Below, one piece after another: positions 50,367 to 60,904 of a stretch of DNA of 64,000 nt. Source of the DNA: an uncultured Pleurocapsa sp. (GTDB lineage: Bacteria; Cyanobacteriota; Cyanobacteriia; Cyanobacteriales; Xenococcaceae). Location: contig CAYMWC010000004.1 in the NCBI GenBank assembly GCA_964393695.1, forward strand, positions 298 to 64,297, in the 5' to 3' direction. The notes beneath the pieces are model-generated. The model saw only the letters and a list, made by a program, of their open reading frames with translations, was not told the DNA's origin and did no database searches. Both the position numbers and the translations under genes were made by a program. Position 1 is the first letter of the stretch. Every line of letters begins with the position of its first letter.

Positions 50367-51770
50367 ATGACTATGCAAGTAATTGCCAAAGAAAAAAAGA
50401 ATACTCAAGACTATAAAGTAGCAGATATTTCTCTTGCAGATTGGGGACGCAAAGAAATATCGATCGCCGAAAGTGAAATGCCAGCCTTAATGACAATTCG
50501 GTCTAAATACCGCGATAGTAAGCCATTGCAGGGGGCTAAAATCATTGGCTGTATTCACATGACTATTCAAACGGCGGTTTTAATTGAAACTCTGTGTGAA
50601 TTAGGTGCTGAAGTTCGCTGGTCATCTTGTAATATCTTTTCTACCCAAGACCACGCTGCTGCTGCGATCGCTGCTGCGGGAATTCCTGTATATGCTTGGA
50701 AAGGCGAAACTGAAGAGGAATATATGTGGTGTATTGAGCAAACCTGTCGTGATGAGGAAGGTGAGCTTTGGGATGCCAATATGATTCTGGATGATGGCGG
50801 TGATTTAACAGGTTACATCCATGAGAAGTATCCTGCTATGTTAGATCGTATTCACGGTGTTACTGAAGAAACTACCACTGGTGTTCATCGTCTGTGGGAA
50901 ATGCTCGAACAAGGTGAGCTAAAAATTCCAGCGATTAACGTTAATGATTCCGTTACCAAAGCCAAAAATGACAATAAATATGGTTGTCGTCATAGCTTAA
51001 ATGACGCTATCAAACGTGGTCTTGATCACCTCATGGCTGGGAAAAAAGCCCTAGTAATTGGTTATGGCGATGTGGGTAAAGGTTCTGCTGCTTCTCTGCG
51101 TCAAGAAGGCATGATTGTTAAAGTAGCAGAGGTTGATCCTATTTGTGCGATGCAAGCCTGCATGGACGGTTATGAATTAGTTTCTCCCTACATCAACGGC
51201 AAAAATGATGGCACAATCAACAGCATTAATAAAGAATTGTTAGCATCTCTAGACATGGTTGTTACTGCTACTGGTAACTTTAACGTCTGTGATGCAAATA
51301 TGTTGACCAGCCTCAAAGCAGGTGCAGTAGTTTGTAATATCGGTCACTTTGATAACGAAATTGATACGGCTTTCATGCGTCGTGAATGGCGTTGGGCAGA
51401 AGTTAAACCCCAAGTTCACCAAGTATATCGTAGTAATGATCCTCAAGATTTCTTACTACTCTTGTCTGAAGGTCGCTTAGTCAACTTAGGTAATGCCACT
51501 GGACATCCTTCTCGGATTATGGATGGTTCTTTTGCTAACCAAGTACTTGCTCAAATGTTCTTGTTTGAGCGCAAGTTTGCTGATAAATCTCCCGAAGAAA
51601 AAGCAACTGCAATTACTGTTCAAGTATTACCTAAGCATCTAGACGAAGAAGTAGCTCGTTATATGGTTGCAGGATTTGGCGGAGTAATTACGCAGTTAAC
51701 TGAAGAGCAAGCCAAGTATATCAGCGTACCAGTAAATGGCCCTTTCAAAACTGAAAGCTATAAGTATTAA
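50367..51770 (+). CDS. ahcY: S-adenosylhomocysteine hydrolase, Pseudomonas-type
   Basis: [56 protein letters not shown]. Confidence 0.99.
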   Translation: MTMQVIAKEKKNTQDYKVADISLADWGRKEISIAESEMPALMTIRSKYRDSKPLQGAKIIGCIHMTIQTAVLIETLCELGAEVRWSSCNIFSTQDHAAAAIAAAGIPVYAWKGETEEEYMWCIEQTCRDEEGELWDANMILDDGGDLTGYIHEKYPAMLDRIHGVTEETTTGVHRLWEMLEQGELKIPAINVNDSVTKAKNDNKYGCRHSLNDAIKRGLDHLMAGKKALVIGYGDVGKGSAASLRQEGMIVKVAEVDPICAMQACMDGYELVSPYINGKNDGTINSINKELLASLDMVVTATGNFNVCDANMLTSLKAGAVVCNIGHFDNEIDTAFMRREWRWAEVKPQVHQVYRSNDPQDFLLLLSEGRLVNLGNATGHPSRIMDGSFANQVLAQMFLFERKFADKSPEEKATAITVQVLPKHLDEEVARYMVAGFGGVITQLTEEQAKYISVPVNGPFKTESYKY

Positions 51771-51799
51771 AATCAAATTCACAGTAATCTTTTAGAGCT

Positions 51800-51825
51800 A
51801 AGGTGGGTTAACCTCACCTTTTTTT
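51800..51825 (+). terminator. Terminator after ahcY
   Basis: AAGGTGGG-TTAA-CCTCACCTT followed by T run. Confidence 0.75.
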
Positions 51826-52037
51826 GTCTTTTTTTTCTGGTTGGTAGCTTAATTTTTTGGGGAAGAGAATCCTTAAAAGATTGGATTGAAAAGTATTTTG
51901 ATTGGGTTGCTTGGGGATTTTTAGCAGTACTAGTTTTGGGATTTGTCGCTCTGAAGTTTTTATAGATTCAATATATGCAATAAAAGTATTGATGATATGT
52001 AAAAAAGACATTCAATTGCCTTGATTCGGATATTTTT

Positions 52038-52051
52038 GTAACGAAATATAC
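52038..52051 (+). promoter_or_regulatory. NtcA-binding site upstream of nrtP-narB
   Basis: GTA-ACGAAATA-TAC, exact GTAN8TAC consensus, upstream of nitrate genes. Confidence 0.8.
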
Positions 52052-52296
52052 GATAAGCCTTTTTTTTAAATGTAACCATTACCTCAAGATTAAAAACATC
52101 TTCAAAACTCTATCTAGTCTATTTATTTAAATCAATAGCAAACGAGACATTAGTCTGACTAGTAACTATACCCTTATATAGTAGGCAAGTTTATCAAGCC
52201 AAAAATAGATATTTATTGTTGTTTAGTAGTTGATTACATTGTCTCTCAGTTTTGAATTTGATTCTGGTAATTTTTAACAGAAAAGGAAGGTAAATA

Positions 52297-53847
52297 ATGC
52301 TTGGAGAAATGTGGCAATTCCAGGGCAGGTACAAAATTCTGCATATAACTTGGTTTGCATTCTTTTTAACTTTTGTAGTCTGGTTTAATCTACCCCCTTT
52401 GGCTACTACTGTCCAAGAAGATATGGGTTTAACAGGAGAACAAATCAAGACCCTGGCAATTTGTAATGTCGCTCTAACAGTTCCTGCACGGATTATTATT
52501 GGGATGCTGTTGGATAAATTTGGTCCAAGATTAACCTATTCGCTGCTACTAATGTATGCAGCAGTTCCTTGTATCATGTTTGCCTCAGCGCAAAATTTTA
52601 ATCATCTAGTAATTTCTCGTTTATTACTAGGTATTGTGGGTGCAGGGTTTGTGATTGGAATTCGTATGGTTGCAGAATGGTTTCCACCCAAAGAAATCGG
52701 TTTAGCCGAAGGGATTTATGGTGGTTGGGGGAACTTTGGTTCTGCTTTCTCGGCGTTTACCTTAGCTATGGTAGCTGGTTGGCTATCTTTTGGCGCACCT
52801 GGTTCGGCACTCAATTGGCGTGCTGCGATCGCTTTAACAGGAATTATTGCTGCTGTTTATGGTGTCTTTTATTTACTGAATGCTAAAGATACTCCTCCTG
52901 GCAAAGTTTATCGTCGTCCTAAGAGTGCTAGAGGTTTAGAAGTAACCACTAAAAAAGACTTTGGGTTTTTAATGCTGATGAACGTGCCTTTAACTGGCAT
53001 TCTGATGCTTGTCGCTTGGCGTTTAATGAAACTGAAGCTCTATGGTACAGGCGCAATGTACGCTATTTGGGTGGCGTTGCTCGGTTTATATTTATTCCAA
53101 GCTTATAATTGCTGGGTGGTCAACAAAGATTTGGTTACAGGTAAAAAACGTTATCCTGCCGAAGATCGCTACAATTTCATGCAAGTAGCCATATTAGAAC
53201 TTACCTACGTTGTTAATTTCGGTTCAGAGCTAGCTGTAGTTTCTATGCTTCCTGCCTTTTTTGAAGGCACATTTGATTTATCCAAAGCAGCAGCAGGAAT
53301 GATTGCTTCGACCTATGCCTTTATGAACCTAGCTGCTCGTCCTGGCGGTGGTTTGATCTCTGATAAATTGGGGAGTCGTAAAATGACTATGGTTGTGCTA
53401 ACTGGCTGCATGGGTATTGGCTATCTGCTCATGGGTCAAGTCGGTAATAGTTGGTTTTTACCTGCTGCGATTGTCCTAACTATGGCTTGTTCTTTCTTTG
53501 TACAAGCTGGTGAAGGTTCGACCTTTGCTTTAGTGCCGTTGGTTAAACGTCGGGTAACTGGTCAGATTGCAGGCAATGTCGGAGCTTACGGTAACGTTGG
53601 TGCAGTAGCTTATTTAACTATCTTCAGTTTATTACCTACTTGGTTAGGCGGTGGTACAGATCCAAGTCCTGCCATCGAAGCTCAAGCTAATAGTGCCTTC
53701 TTTCAAATCATGGGAGTAGCAGCATTAGTAGTTACAGGTTTGTGCTTTGTAGTGCTAAAAGAACCTAAAAACTCCTTTGCTGATGCTCATCAGGGCGAAG
53801 AAGAAGATATGGTAAAGTCTCCAGCACTAGAACCTGAAAATATTTAG
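52297..53847 (+). CDS. nrtP: Nitrate/nitrite MFS permease NrtP (NarK family)
   Basis: LHITWFAFF, GIVGAGF.IG, GIYGGWGNFG nitrate signature, FGSELAVVSMLP, GAYGNVG. Confidence 0.96.
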   Translation: MLGEMWQFQGRYKILHITWFAFFLTFVVWFNLPPLATTVQEDMGLTGEQIKTLAICNVALTVPARIIIGMLLDKFGPRLTYSLLLMYAAVPCIMFASAQNFNHLVISRLLLGIVGAGFVIGIRMVAEWFPPKEIGLAEGIYGGWGNFGSAFSAFTLAMVAGWLSFGAPGSALNWRAAIALTGIIAAVYGVFYLLNAKDTPPGKVYRRPKSARGLEVTTKKDFGFLMLMNVPLTGILMLVAWRLMKLKLYGTGAMYAIWVALLGLYLFQAYNCWVVNKDLVTGKKRYPAEDRYNFMQVAILELTYVVNFGSELAVVSMLPAFFEGTFDLSKAAAGMIASTYAFMNLAARPGGGLISDKLGSRKMTMVVLTGCMGIGYLLMGQVGNSWFLPAAIVLTMACSFFVQAGEGSTFALVPLVKRRVTGQIAGNVGAYGNVGAVAYLTIFSLLPTWLGGGTDPSPAIEAQANSAFFQIMGVAALVVTGLCFVVLKEPKNSFADAHQGEEEDMVKSPALEPENI

Positions 53848-54121
53848 TATCAATAACTAGAAAATTAATTAATTAGTTTGTGAGTGTTGGGAGAATTAAA
53901 TTTTTCTCAACACTTTGATCTCAAGCTAGAACCCAAAAATTAACAAAAATCCAATCCAGTATTATACTTAACAGCAATCGCTCAGTACTAACAAGTATAA
54001 ATATTATCAATATAAAAAATAAAAGTTAAATCAACCAAATTTTTTTAAAGTGAACAGCAAGAGTAATCACTGATGACTGATGACTTGTGAACAATAAATA
54101 TGCAACTGGGAGAGAAGTAAA

Positions 54122-56446
54122 GTGAGCGAACCGATTAAGACCTTATGTCCTTATTGTGGTGTTGGCTGTGGTTTAGAAGTTCTGCCCCCTGCCCAATCAG
54201 GAAAAATTACCAATCGGGATAGTCAAGGCAACCCTCTATGGCAAGTTCGGGGCGATCGCTCTCATCCCTCTAGTAAAGGTAAAGTATGTGTTAAAGGTGC
54301 TACAGTCGCCGAATCATTAGATAAAAACCGTCTAAAATATCCGTTGATGCGAGATTCTTTAGATCAAGAGTTTCGTCGTGTTAGTTGGGATGAGGCTTTA
54401 GACCGTATTGTATCTCGTATTCAAGAAGTTAAAGCAACTCAAGGTTCAGAAGCCATCTGTATGTATGGTTCAGGACAGTTTCAAACCGAAGATTATTACA
54501 TCGCCCAAAAGTTACTCAAAGGTTGTCTAGGGACAAATAACTTCGATGCCAATTCCCGTCTCTGTATGTCTTCGGCAGTAGCAGGTTATATTCAAAGCTT
54601 TGGTTCTGATGGCCCACCTGCTTGTTATGATGATTTGGAATTAACTGATTGTGCTTTTTTAATTGGGACTAACACCGCCGAATGTCACCCCATTGTCTAT
54701 AATCGCTTGCGGATGCACCACAAGAAAAACCGCAAAGTCAAAATGATTGTCGTCGATCCCCGTGAGACGAAAACGGCCAAGGACGCAGATTTACATCTAG
54801 CTATCCAACCTGGTACAGATATGGATCTGCTTAACGGCATTGCCCATTTACTGTTGCGTTGGGGTGAATTAGATACTTACTTTATTGACGAATGTACCCA
54901 AGGTTTTGGTAAATTTACTCAGGTAGTTCAACAATATCCTCCAGAATTAGTAGCCCGTCGTTGTGGTATTACTATTGAACAATTAGAAACAGCAGCCCGT
55001 TACTGGGCAGAAGCAGAAAATGTTCTGTCTCTTTGGTCGATGGGAGTTAATCAATCTTCCGAAGGAACAGCCAAAGTGCGCACGATTATTAACCTGCACC
55101 TGATGACAGGCAATATTGGCAAACCAGGATCAGGCCCATTTTCTCTCACAGGACAACCTAACGCCATGGGGGGGAGAGAAGCAGGAGGACTATCCCATAT
55201 TCTGCCTGGTTATCGGGTAGTTAGCAATCCCCAGGATCGAGCAGAAGTCGAACAGGCTTGGCAGTTACCACCTGGCAGTATTAACCCTGTCCCTGGTAAA
55301 GATGCCTGGAGTATGATTACGGGTTTAGAAACAGATGAGGTGGGCTTATTGTGGATTGCAGCCACTAATCCTGCGGTGAGTATGCCTGATTTAGAAAGAA
55401 CTAAAAAAGCTTTACAGCGATCGCCCTTTACCATTGTCCAAGATGCTTATTATCCCCTAGAAACCGCTAGTTATGCCCATGTAGTCTTACCAGCAGCCCA
55501 GTGGGGAGAAAAAACAGGGATTATGACTAATTCTGAACGGGTAGTGACTCTCTGTCAGAAGTTTCGCCCGCCCGTAGGTACAGCCAAACCAGATTGGGAA
55601 ATCTTTGCGGAAGTCGGTCGTCGTTTAGGTTTTACTAAAGAGTTTAATTTTGCCAATTCTGCCGAAGTTTATCAGGAATTTGTACAGCTAACCAAAGGTC
55701 GTCCTTGCGATATGACTGGTTTGACTCACGGTCGATTGCGTCAACAAGGCCCAATTCAATGGCCCTGTCCGTTAGACGAGGTACAAAATATCAAGCTAGA
55801 GAAAATTGCTTTAGCTTGTAATACCGATGGCAATATTACTCAAGCCAACGCAGCCGAACCAGGTTTATTTTCTAACCTTTTTAGAAACAAAGAGCAAAGC
55901 CCTCCAGCCAAAAGACTTTATACCAATGGTCGATTTAATACCCCTGATGGACGGGCAAAATTTGCTGCTTTTCATTCTCAAGGACTTGCCGAACCAATCG
56001 ATCCAGCCTATCCTTTTGTCTTAACTGTTGGTCGTCTTTATGAACATTGGCATACCATGACTCGTACTGGGCGGATTGACAAGATTACGAAAATGCAACC
56101 CCAACCGTTTATTGAAATTCATCCCAAAGACGCTGCTCAATTAGGTATTGAGGCAGAAACTATGGTCGAAGTGCGATCGCGTCGGGGTAGGGGACGTTTT
56201 GCTGCCAGAATTACTAAGGCTATTGTTCCTGGGACAGTTTTTGTACCGATGCATTGGGGCGCATTGTGGACAGACAACGGTGAAGCTAATTCTCTGACTC
56301 ATTCAGAATCCTGCCCGATTTCTCTCCAACCCGAATTAAAAGCTTGTGCAGTCAATTTAACACCAGTAACATTAAGCAACTCCCTAACTACTCAAACATC
56401 TCAAAATAATCAACAGAATTTAGTTGAAGAGTCGATCTCAGTGTGA
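54122..56446 (+). CDS. narB: Ferredoxin-dependent assimilatory nitrate reductase
   Basis: CPYCGVGC...C.KG Fe-S motif, [27 protein letters not shown]. Confidence 0.98.
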   Translation: MSEPIKTLCPYCGVGCGLEVLPPAQSGKITNRDSQGNPLWQVRGDRSHPSSKGKVCVKGATVAESLDKNRLKYPLMRDSLDQEFRRVSWDEALDRIVSRIQEVKATQGSEAICMYGSGQFQTEDYYIAQKLLKGCLGTNNFDANSRLCMSSAVAGYIQSFGSDGPPACYDDLELTDCAFLIGTNTAECHPIVYNRLRMHHKKNRKVKMIVVDPRETKTAKDADLHLAIQPGTDMDLLNGIAHLLLRWGELDTYFIDECTQGFGKFTQVVQQYPPELVARRCGITIEQLETAARYWAEAENVLSLWSMGVNQSSEGTAKVRTIINLHLMTGNIGKPGSGPFSLTGQPNAMGGREAGGLSHILPGYRVVSNPQDRAEVEQAWQLPPGSINPVPGKDAWSMITGLETDEVGLLWIAATNPAVSMPDLERTKKALQRSPFTIVQDAYYPLETASYAHVVLPAAQWGEKTGIMTNSERVVTLCQKFRPPVGTAKPDWEIFAEVGRRLGFTKEFNFANSAEVYQEFVQLTKGRPCDMTGLTHGRLRQQGPIQWPCPLDEVQNIKLEKIALACNTDGNITQANAAEPGLFSNLFRNKEQSPPAKRLYTNGRFNTPDGRAKFAAFHSQGLAEPIDPAYPFVLTVGRLYEHWHTMTRTGRIDKITKMQPQPFIEIHPKDAAQLGIEAETMVEVRSRRGRGRFAARITKAIVPGTVFVPMHWGALWTDNGEANSLTHSESCPISLQPELKACAVNLTPVTLSNSLTTQTSQNNQQNLVEESISV

Positions 56447-56478
56447 TTTAAGTAATATAATCCCTGACAGCTTATAAA

Positions 56479-56600
56479 TTAGGAAGCGGGGTCAAATTTC
56501 CACCAGCTAGGCTTCCAAGCATAGCGATCGCCATCTACGCTAACATGACCTAAGCCTGGAAAAGGCATATGGGGGACTAGCAATTCCATAATATTATTTC
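56479..56600 (-). pseudogene. C-terminal remnant of an MBL-fold metallo-hydrolase
   Basis: HMPFPGLGHV..DGD.Y.W.P is the typical C-terminus of lactonase/methyl-parathion-hydrolase-like MBL proteins; rest absent. Confidence 0.5.
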
Positions 56601-56638
56601 CTCTGTTAAGAAACCTGCTGAATATTGCTGAATATAGG

Positions 56639-58432
56639 TTAAAATTCTTGATTAGTAATCCAAGCACATTGATAAGGTTTGAGAATAAAGCGATCGCTAA
56701 TATCTTCTATTACTTGACCGCTAAGGAGATCGTGCCAAGGATCGATACAGATTAAGTTAATATCAGAAAGCTGAAGTTCTTGAGGGCGATCGCTTAAATT
56801 ATTAACACAGAAAATACTTTGATCGCGATAAATGCTTTGTCTCCAGAAAGCGAACAGACATTTATTCATCGGATGCAAAGTGTACTGAGTAGCATTGGGA
56901 TGAAAAGCAGGTTGACGACGGCGAATTTGAATCCGTCGTGACATTTCCCTCATGACAATTGCTTGAGCAGAATTAGGATCGTTGAGTTTTGGTTCTAGAT
57001 CTTCATAATTCCACTTATGACGATTAATCGAGCGATTACGTCCTGTTTTAGCTACCCCTGCGTTATCATTAGGAGTTGCCAAAAAACTATGAATATAAAA
57101 GGCAGGAATCCCTTCTAAAGCCATCATAATAGTTTGAGAACAAAGAAACCGCTCGATTTGCCATTCATCTTCTCCTTTGGCAGTCCCTTTTAGAGCATCA
57201 AACAGCGAAATGTTGATTTCATAAGGACTTTCTGTGCCATCGGGTTTTTTCCGCATACTAATTTTGCCCCCAAACTGCTGCATCATGTTCAGCATGGTTT
57301 GATATTCATCTTCAGATAACAATCCTTCAGTCGGACGCAAACCAATACCGTCATGAGAAGCCGTAAAATTAAAATAAGCGCAACCCATCGGTGCTGGAGG
57401 CATACTCATCATCCAGGTTTTGAGGTGATCTGACTTACCCTGTAGTAAAGCATTAAGAATTAAAGGTGGCAGACTGAAGTTATAGATTAGATGTGCTTCA
57501 TCACGATTGCCAAAATAACTGAGGTTTTCCCGATTGGGTACATTCGTTTCGGTAATTAAAGCAACTTCGGGATTTAACATCTGGCTGATTTCCCGCAACA
57601 GTTTAATTATGGCGTGGGTTTGGGGTAAATGAATACAAGGAGTGCCAACACATTTCCATAAATATCCGACTGCATCAAGGCGAATGTATTTTGCACCTTT
57701 CTGTACATAAAAGATAATAATTTTCATAAATTCCAGCAAAACATCGGGATTAGCGAAGTTAAGATCTACTTGATCGGCACTAAAAGTCGCCCAAACATAT
57801 TTTTTACCTTGGTTAGTATCAACTTCAACTAGTAAAGGGCTGTTGCGAGGACGAACTACTTCTGACAAGTCGGTTTCTGGTTCAGCTTCTATAAAATAAT
57901 CGCATCCTGGCTTCATCCCTTGTTTAAACTGCTCAAACCAGACACTTTCACTGGAAATATGATTAAGAACTAGATCAGCCATCAAATCAAATTTTTCGGC
58001 GATCGCTTCTATATCCTGCCAATCTCCTATTTCAGGATTAATTTGCAAGTAGTCGATGACGGCAAAACCATCATCAGAACTATAGGGACAAAAGGGTAAG
58101 ATATGAACACCTGTAATAGTATCTTCTAGATATTCCAAAAAACGCTTGAGGGTAACTAAAGGCTTTTCACCTTGCCCTAAGACACTATCACCATAAGTAA
58201 TCATGACGACATCATTCTGACTCCATTTGTCTAAATTTTCAGTGATCAAATCAGAGAGATGTTCTTGTAATAAAGAGAATATTTGCTCTGTTAGTCGTTC
58301 AACTGTCTGTGGTTCTTCATAAATTTTACTTAACAGAGGTGTGATTTTGACCCAAAAATATTTGAAATTAAAATTTTCATTTTCAGCCTGGGGAGTTTGC
58401 TGCTCTAGAGCAGAGTAATTAGTTTTCTGCAT
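56639..58432 (-). CDS. GH13_18 sugar phosphorylase, probably glucosylglycerate phosphorylase
   Basis: ITYGD, SSDDGF, DLVLNH, RLDAVGY, TETN, SHDGIG, PYEIN. Confidence 0.88.
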   Translation of the reverse strand: MQKTNYSALEQQTPQAENENFNFKYFWVKITPLLSKIYEEPQTVERLTEQIFSLLQEHLSDLITENLDKWSQNDVVMITYGDSVLGQGEKPLVTLKRFLEYLEDTITGVHILPFCPYSSDDGFAVIDYLQINPEIGDWQDIEAIAEKFDLMADLVLNHISSESVWFEQFKQGMKPGCDYFIEAEPETDLSEVVRPRNSPLLVEVDTNQGKKYVWATFSADQVDLNFANPDVLLEFMKIIIFYVQKGAKYIRLDAVGYLWKCVGTPCIHLPQTHAIIKLLREISQMLNPEVALITETNVPNRENLSYFGNRDEAHLIYNFSLPPLILNALLQGKSDHLKTWMMSMPPAPMGCAYFNFTASHDGIGLRPTEGLLSEDEYQTMLNMMQQFGGKISMRKKPDGTESPYEINISLFDALKGTAKGEDEWQIERFLCSQTIMMALEGIPAFYIHSFLATPNDNAGVAKTGRNRSINRHKWNYEDLEPKLNDPNSAQAIVMREMSRRIQIRRRQPAFHPNATQYTLHPMNKCLFAFWRQSIYRDQSIFCVNNLSDRPQELQLSDINLICIDPWHDLLSGQVIEDISDRFILKPYQCAWITNQEF

Positions 58433-58714
58433 AGATTTCCTTGGTGATAAATCTGAACCTTATAAAAGTAAGTAACCAAAATTTGCTCCAAAAAAATGTT
58501 CTATAGAAGCTTTTTACAAATTTTTCAACAATCGATCACACTACAAAATTAGTTTATATACTTCGTAATAATTTGATAAATTCTTGCAAGACTGGCAAAT
58601 TAACAACACAAAGCCGAAAATGAAGGGTTGTTTGACTGTACACAAATATTTAGATAATCTTAGATAAAGTTAGACATAAATTTATGACATAATCCGTTAT
58701 ACTATTGATGTTCT

Positions 58715-59097
58715 GATGTTCTCAAAAAGCTGCGAGTCGAATTTCCTGACATCAAGATGACTGTTGTTTGGGACGACGCACCTTATCATCGCGCCAAGCT
58801 AGTACAAGAAGCTGCATCTGCCAAAGATATCAATCTCCAAGCATTACCTGCTTACAGTCCAGACTTTATCCTAAAGGATACACTTCGTTATGCCTGTAGA
58901 ACATCTTTGGCAATGGCTAAGAGAAGACGTTACTTATCATCTCTGCTATGATTCTCAACAGGAACTAATCAATGCAGTGAATAATTTCCAGAACCAAATT
59001 AACGCTGACTCGCTTGCCATTAGCGATCGCCTTTGGGTCAAAAAGCATCTCAAACCTGAAGAAGAAAAACTACGGTTTTTAAAGTAGATGCGGTTTA
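58715..59097 (+). mobile_element. IS630-family element, 3' remnant with frameshifted transposase
   Basis: VVWDDAPYH...LPAYSPDF / MPVEHLWQWLRE DDE motifs split across frames; ends ATGCGGTTTA after the stop. Confidence 0.88.
58868..58889 (+). repeat. 22-bp hairpin micro-element inserted in the IS630 transposase
   Basis: Removing ATCCTAAAGGATACACTTCGTT restores SPDF-MPVE in frame; TTAT repeated at both ends. Confidence 0.85.
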
Positions 59098-59216
59098 AAA
59101 CTAAATACTTCTATGGTGATTCTAGTAAAATACAAAAATACTCCACCCAAAAGGCAGAGTATTAACATTTATTAAGTAAAAAAAAGTTACTTAAAATAAA
59201 TAGTATTTGAGCAGCA

Positions 59217-59342
59217 TTATTTGGCTTCTGCTTCGCCTTCAATATAAATAAATAAAAGAGCCATAGAAACTGCTGCACCTACGATACCTACTAGAGGAAC
59301 CATAGCAACGGGTAGCCAGGAAGCTGCATAATCGCCAATCAT
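59217..59342 (-). CDS. psaI: Photosystem I subunit VIII, not in ORF track
   Basis: Manual translation MIGDYAASWLPVAMVPLVGIVGAAVSMALLFIYIEGEAEAK. Confidence 0.95.
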   Translation of the reverse strand: MIGDYAASWLPVAMVPLVGIVGAAVSMALLFIYIEGEAEAK

Positions 59343-59516
59343 ATTTTACTTTTCCTATTTTGGATTAAAACGTTGACAACATGGATATTACTGCGAACGC
59401 CTAGGGGATTAGGTTGAGTTATAAAGATTCTTAACAAAAAGCGAACTTAAACCAAGTTAAAGTAATGCTATTTAAAGGATACGTAAAACATAAACTTTAG
59501 GAGAAATCAAATCTTT

Positions 59517-59999
59517 ATGAACGAATACACTGCTATTCAACCCGCTGGAGATCCTCAAATTGGTAATTTAGCTACTCCTCTTAATTCGTCAGATTTTAGT
59601 AAAGCTTTAATCCGTAATTTACCTGCATATCGTGATGGTCTAGCACCATTTCGTCGTGGCTTAGAAGTTGGGATGGCACACGGATATTTAATATATGGGC
59701 CTTTTTTAGTTTTAGGGCCATTACGTAATACCGACAACGCTGATATTGCTGCTTTATTAGCATCTATTGGTTTAGTGGCAATTTTGACTCTGTGTTTGTC
59801 TCTTTATGCCAGTGCTATGGGTGGTAAACCAACTGAAACCGTTACTACTGGTACTGTTCCCTCTGCTTTCTCTCACAAAGAAGGTTGGAGTGAGTTTGGT
59901 AGTGGTTTCTTTATTGGTGGTGCTGGTGGAGCATTCTTTGCTTACTTCTTGCTTTCCTCAGCCTATTTGGGCAATATCAAATCATTAATTGGTCTTTAA
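59517..59999 (+). CDS. psaL: Photosystem I subunit XI
   Basis: DPQIGNLATP, NLPAYR, RGLEVGMAHGY, GPLR, GW..F..GFFIGG.GG. Confidence 0.97.
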   Translation: MNEYTAIQPAGDPQIGNLATPLNSSDFSKALIRNLPAYRDGLAPFRRGLEVGMAHGYLIYGPFLVLGPLRNTDNADIAALLASIGLVAILTLCLSLYASAMGGKPTETVTTGTVPSAFSHKEGWSEFGSGFFIGGAGGAFFAYFLLSSAYLGNIKSLIGL

Positions 60000-60058
60000 T
60001 TGACATTTAAATTACAAAATTGGGGATAGCTAAAAATTTTGATCTCAATTAACTAGAT

Positions 60059-60093
60059 TAGAGCCTGGGGGGATCTCCAGGCTCTATTATTTT
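60059..60093 (+). terminator. Terminator after psaL
   Basis: TAGAGCCTGGGG-GGAT-CTCCAGGCTCTA followed by TTATTTT. Confidence 0.7.
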
Positions 60094-60181
60094 AGATAAG
60101 CATTCAACAAAGCATTACTCAATATTTGTTGGTAGCTGCAATATATTCCTTAAAATAAGTAATTATTTGAGAACGAAAATC

Positions 60182-60904
60182 ATGAAATTAGATCTTATCC
60201 CCATAAAACAGACTGTGGCAAGCTTAAAGAGCTTGATCGTCTCTACGTTATTAATTGTCTTGACTATTTCCTTGCTAACAGCACCAGCTATCGCAACTGG
60301 CTTATTTGATTTACCGACTTTTGATGCCGAACAAGTTTGGGTAGTTGATACGGCTGATGCAATCAGTACCTCTAACCAAAGTAAACTCACTAATACTTTT
60401 AAAGAGTTAGCTGATCAAACAGGTCAAGAAGTAAGAATGGTTGCAATTCGTCGTTTGGACTACGGTGAAACGGTAGACAGTCTAGCAGATGAAATATTTA
60501 AAGATTGGTATCCAACTTCAGAAGCACAGGCTAACCAGACTTTAATAGTATTAGATACTTTAACTAACAATGTGGCTATTCGTACAGGTGACTCTGCACA
60601 AGCCTTAGTTAGTCAAGAAATTGCCCAAAGTATTGTTAATGATACTATCGGCTATGACATCCGTAACGGTAACAAATATAACCAAGCCTTTATAGATGCT
60701 GGCGATCGCTTGGTAGCAGTCCTTTCTGGTCAAGCAGATCCAGGTCCTCCAGCTATGGAAGATGAGATTCAAATTGAAGGTACATTTACCAAAGCTGAAG
60801 ACACCGATCAGGGAAGTGCGACTATTTGGGTAATTGGCTTTTTAATTGTCGCTACTATTATTCCTATGGCGACCTACTACTGGTATGTAGGCTTTGGTGA
60901 CTAG
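60182..60904 (+). CDS. psb32: TPM-domain PSII repair protein Psb32
   Basis: ATG...LP, RMV.IRRLDYG, NKYNQAF.DA..RL.AVLSG..DPGPP, C-terminal TM ATIIPMATY. Confidence 0.92.
   Translation: MKLDLIPIKQTVASLKSLIVSTLLIVLTISLLTAPAIATGLFDLPTFDAEQVWVVDTADAISTSNQSKLTNTFKELADQTGQEVRMVAIRRLDYGETVDSLADEIFKDWYPTSEAQANQTLIVLDTLTNNVAIRTGDSAQALVSQEIAQSIVNDTIGYDIRNGNKYNQAFIDAGDRLVAVLSGQADPGPPAMEDEIQIEGTFTKAEDTDQGSATIWVIGFLIVATIIPMATYYWYVGFGD

Noticed and set aside
52072-52085. Second NtcA box
   Set aside because: GTA-ACCATTAC-CTC lacks the TAC half-site at the right spacing.
51814-52448. Track ORFs 51814..52011 and 52194..52448
   Set aside because: AT-rich promoter and terminator DNA with no motifs; one overlaps the nrtP start.
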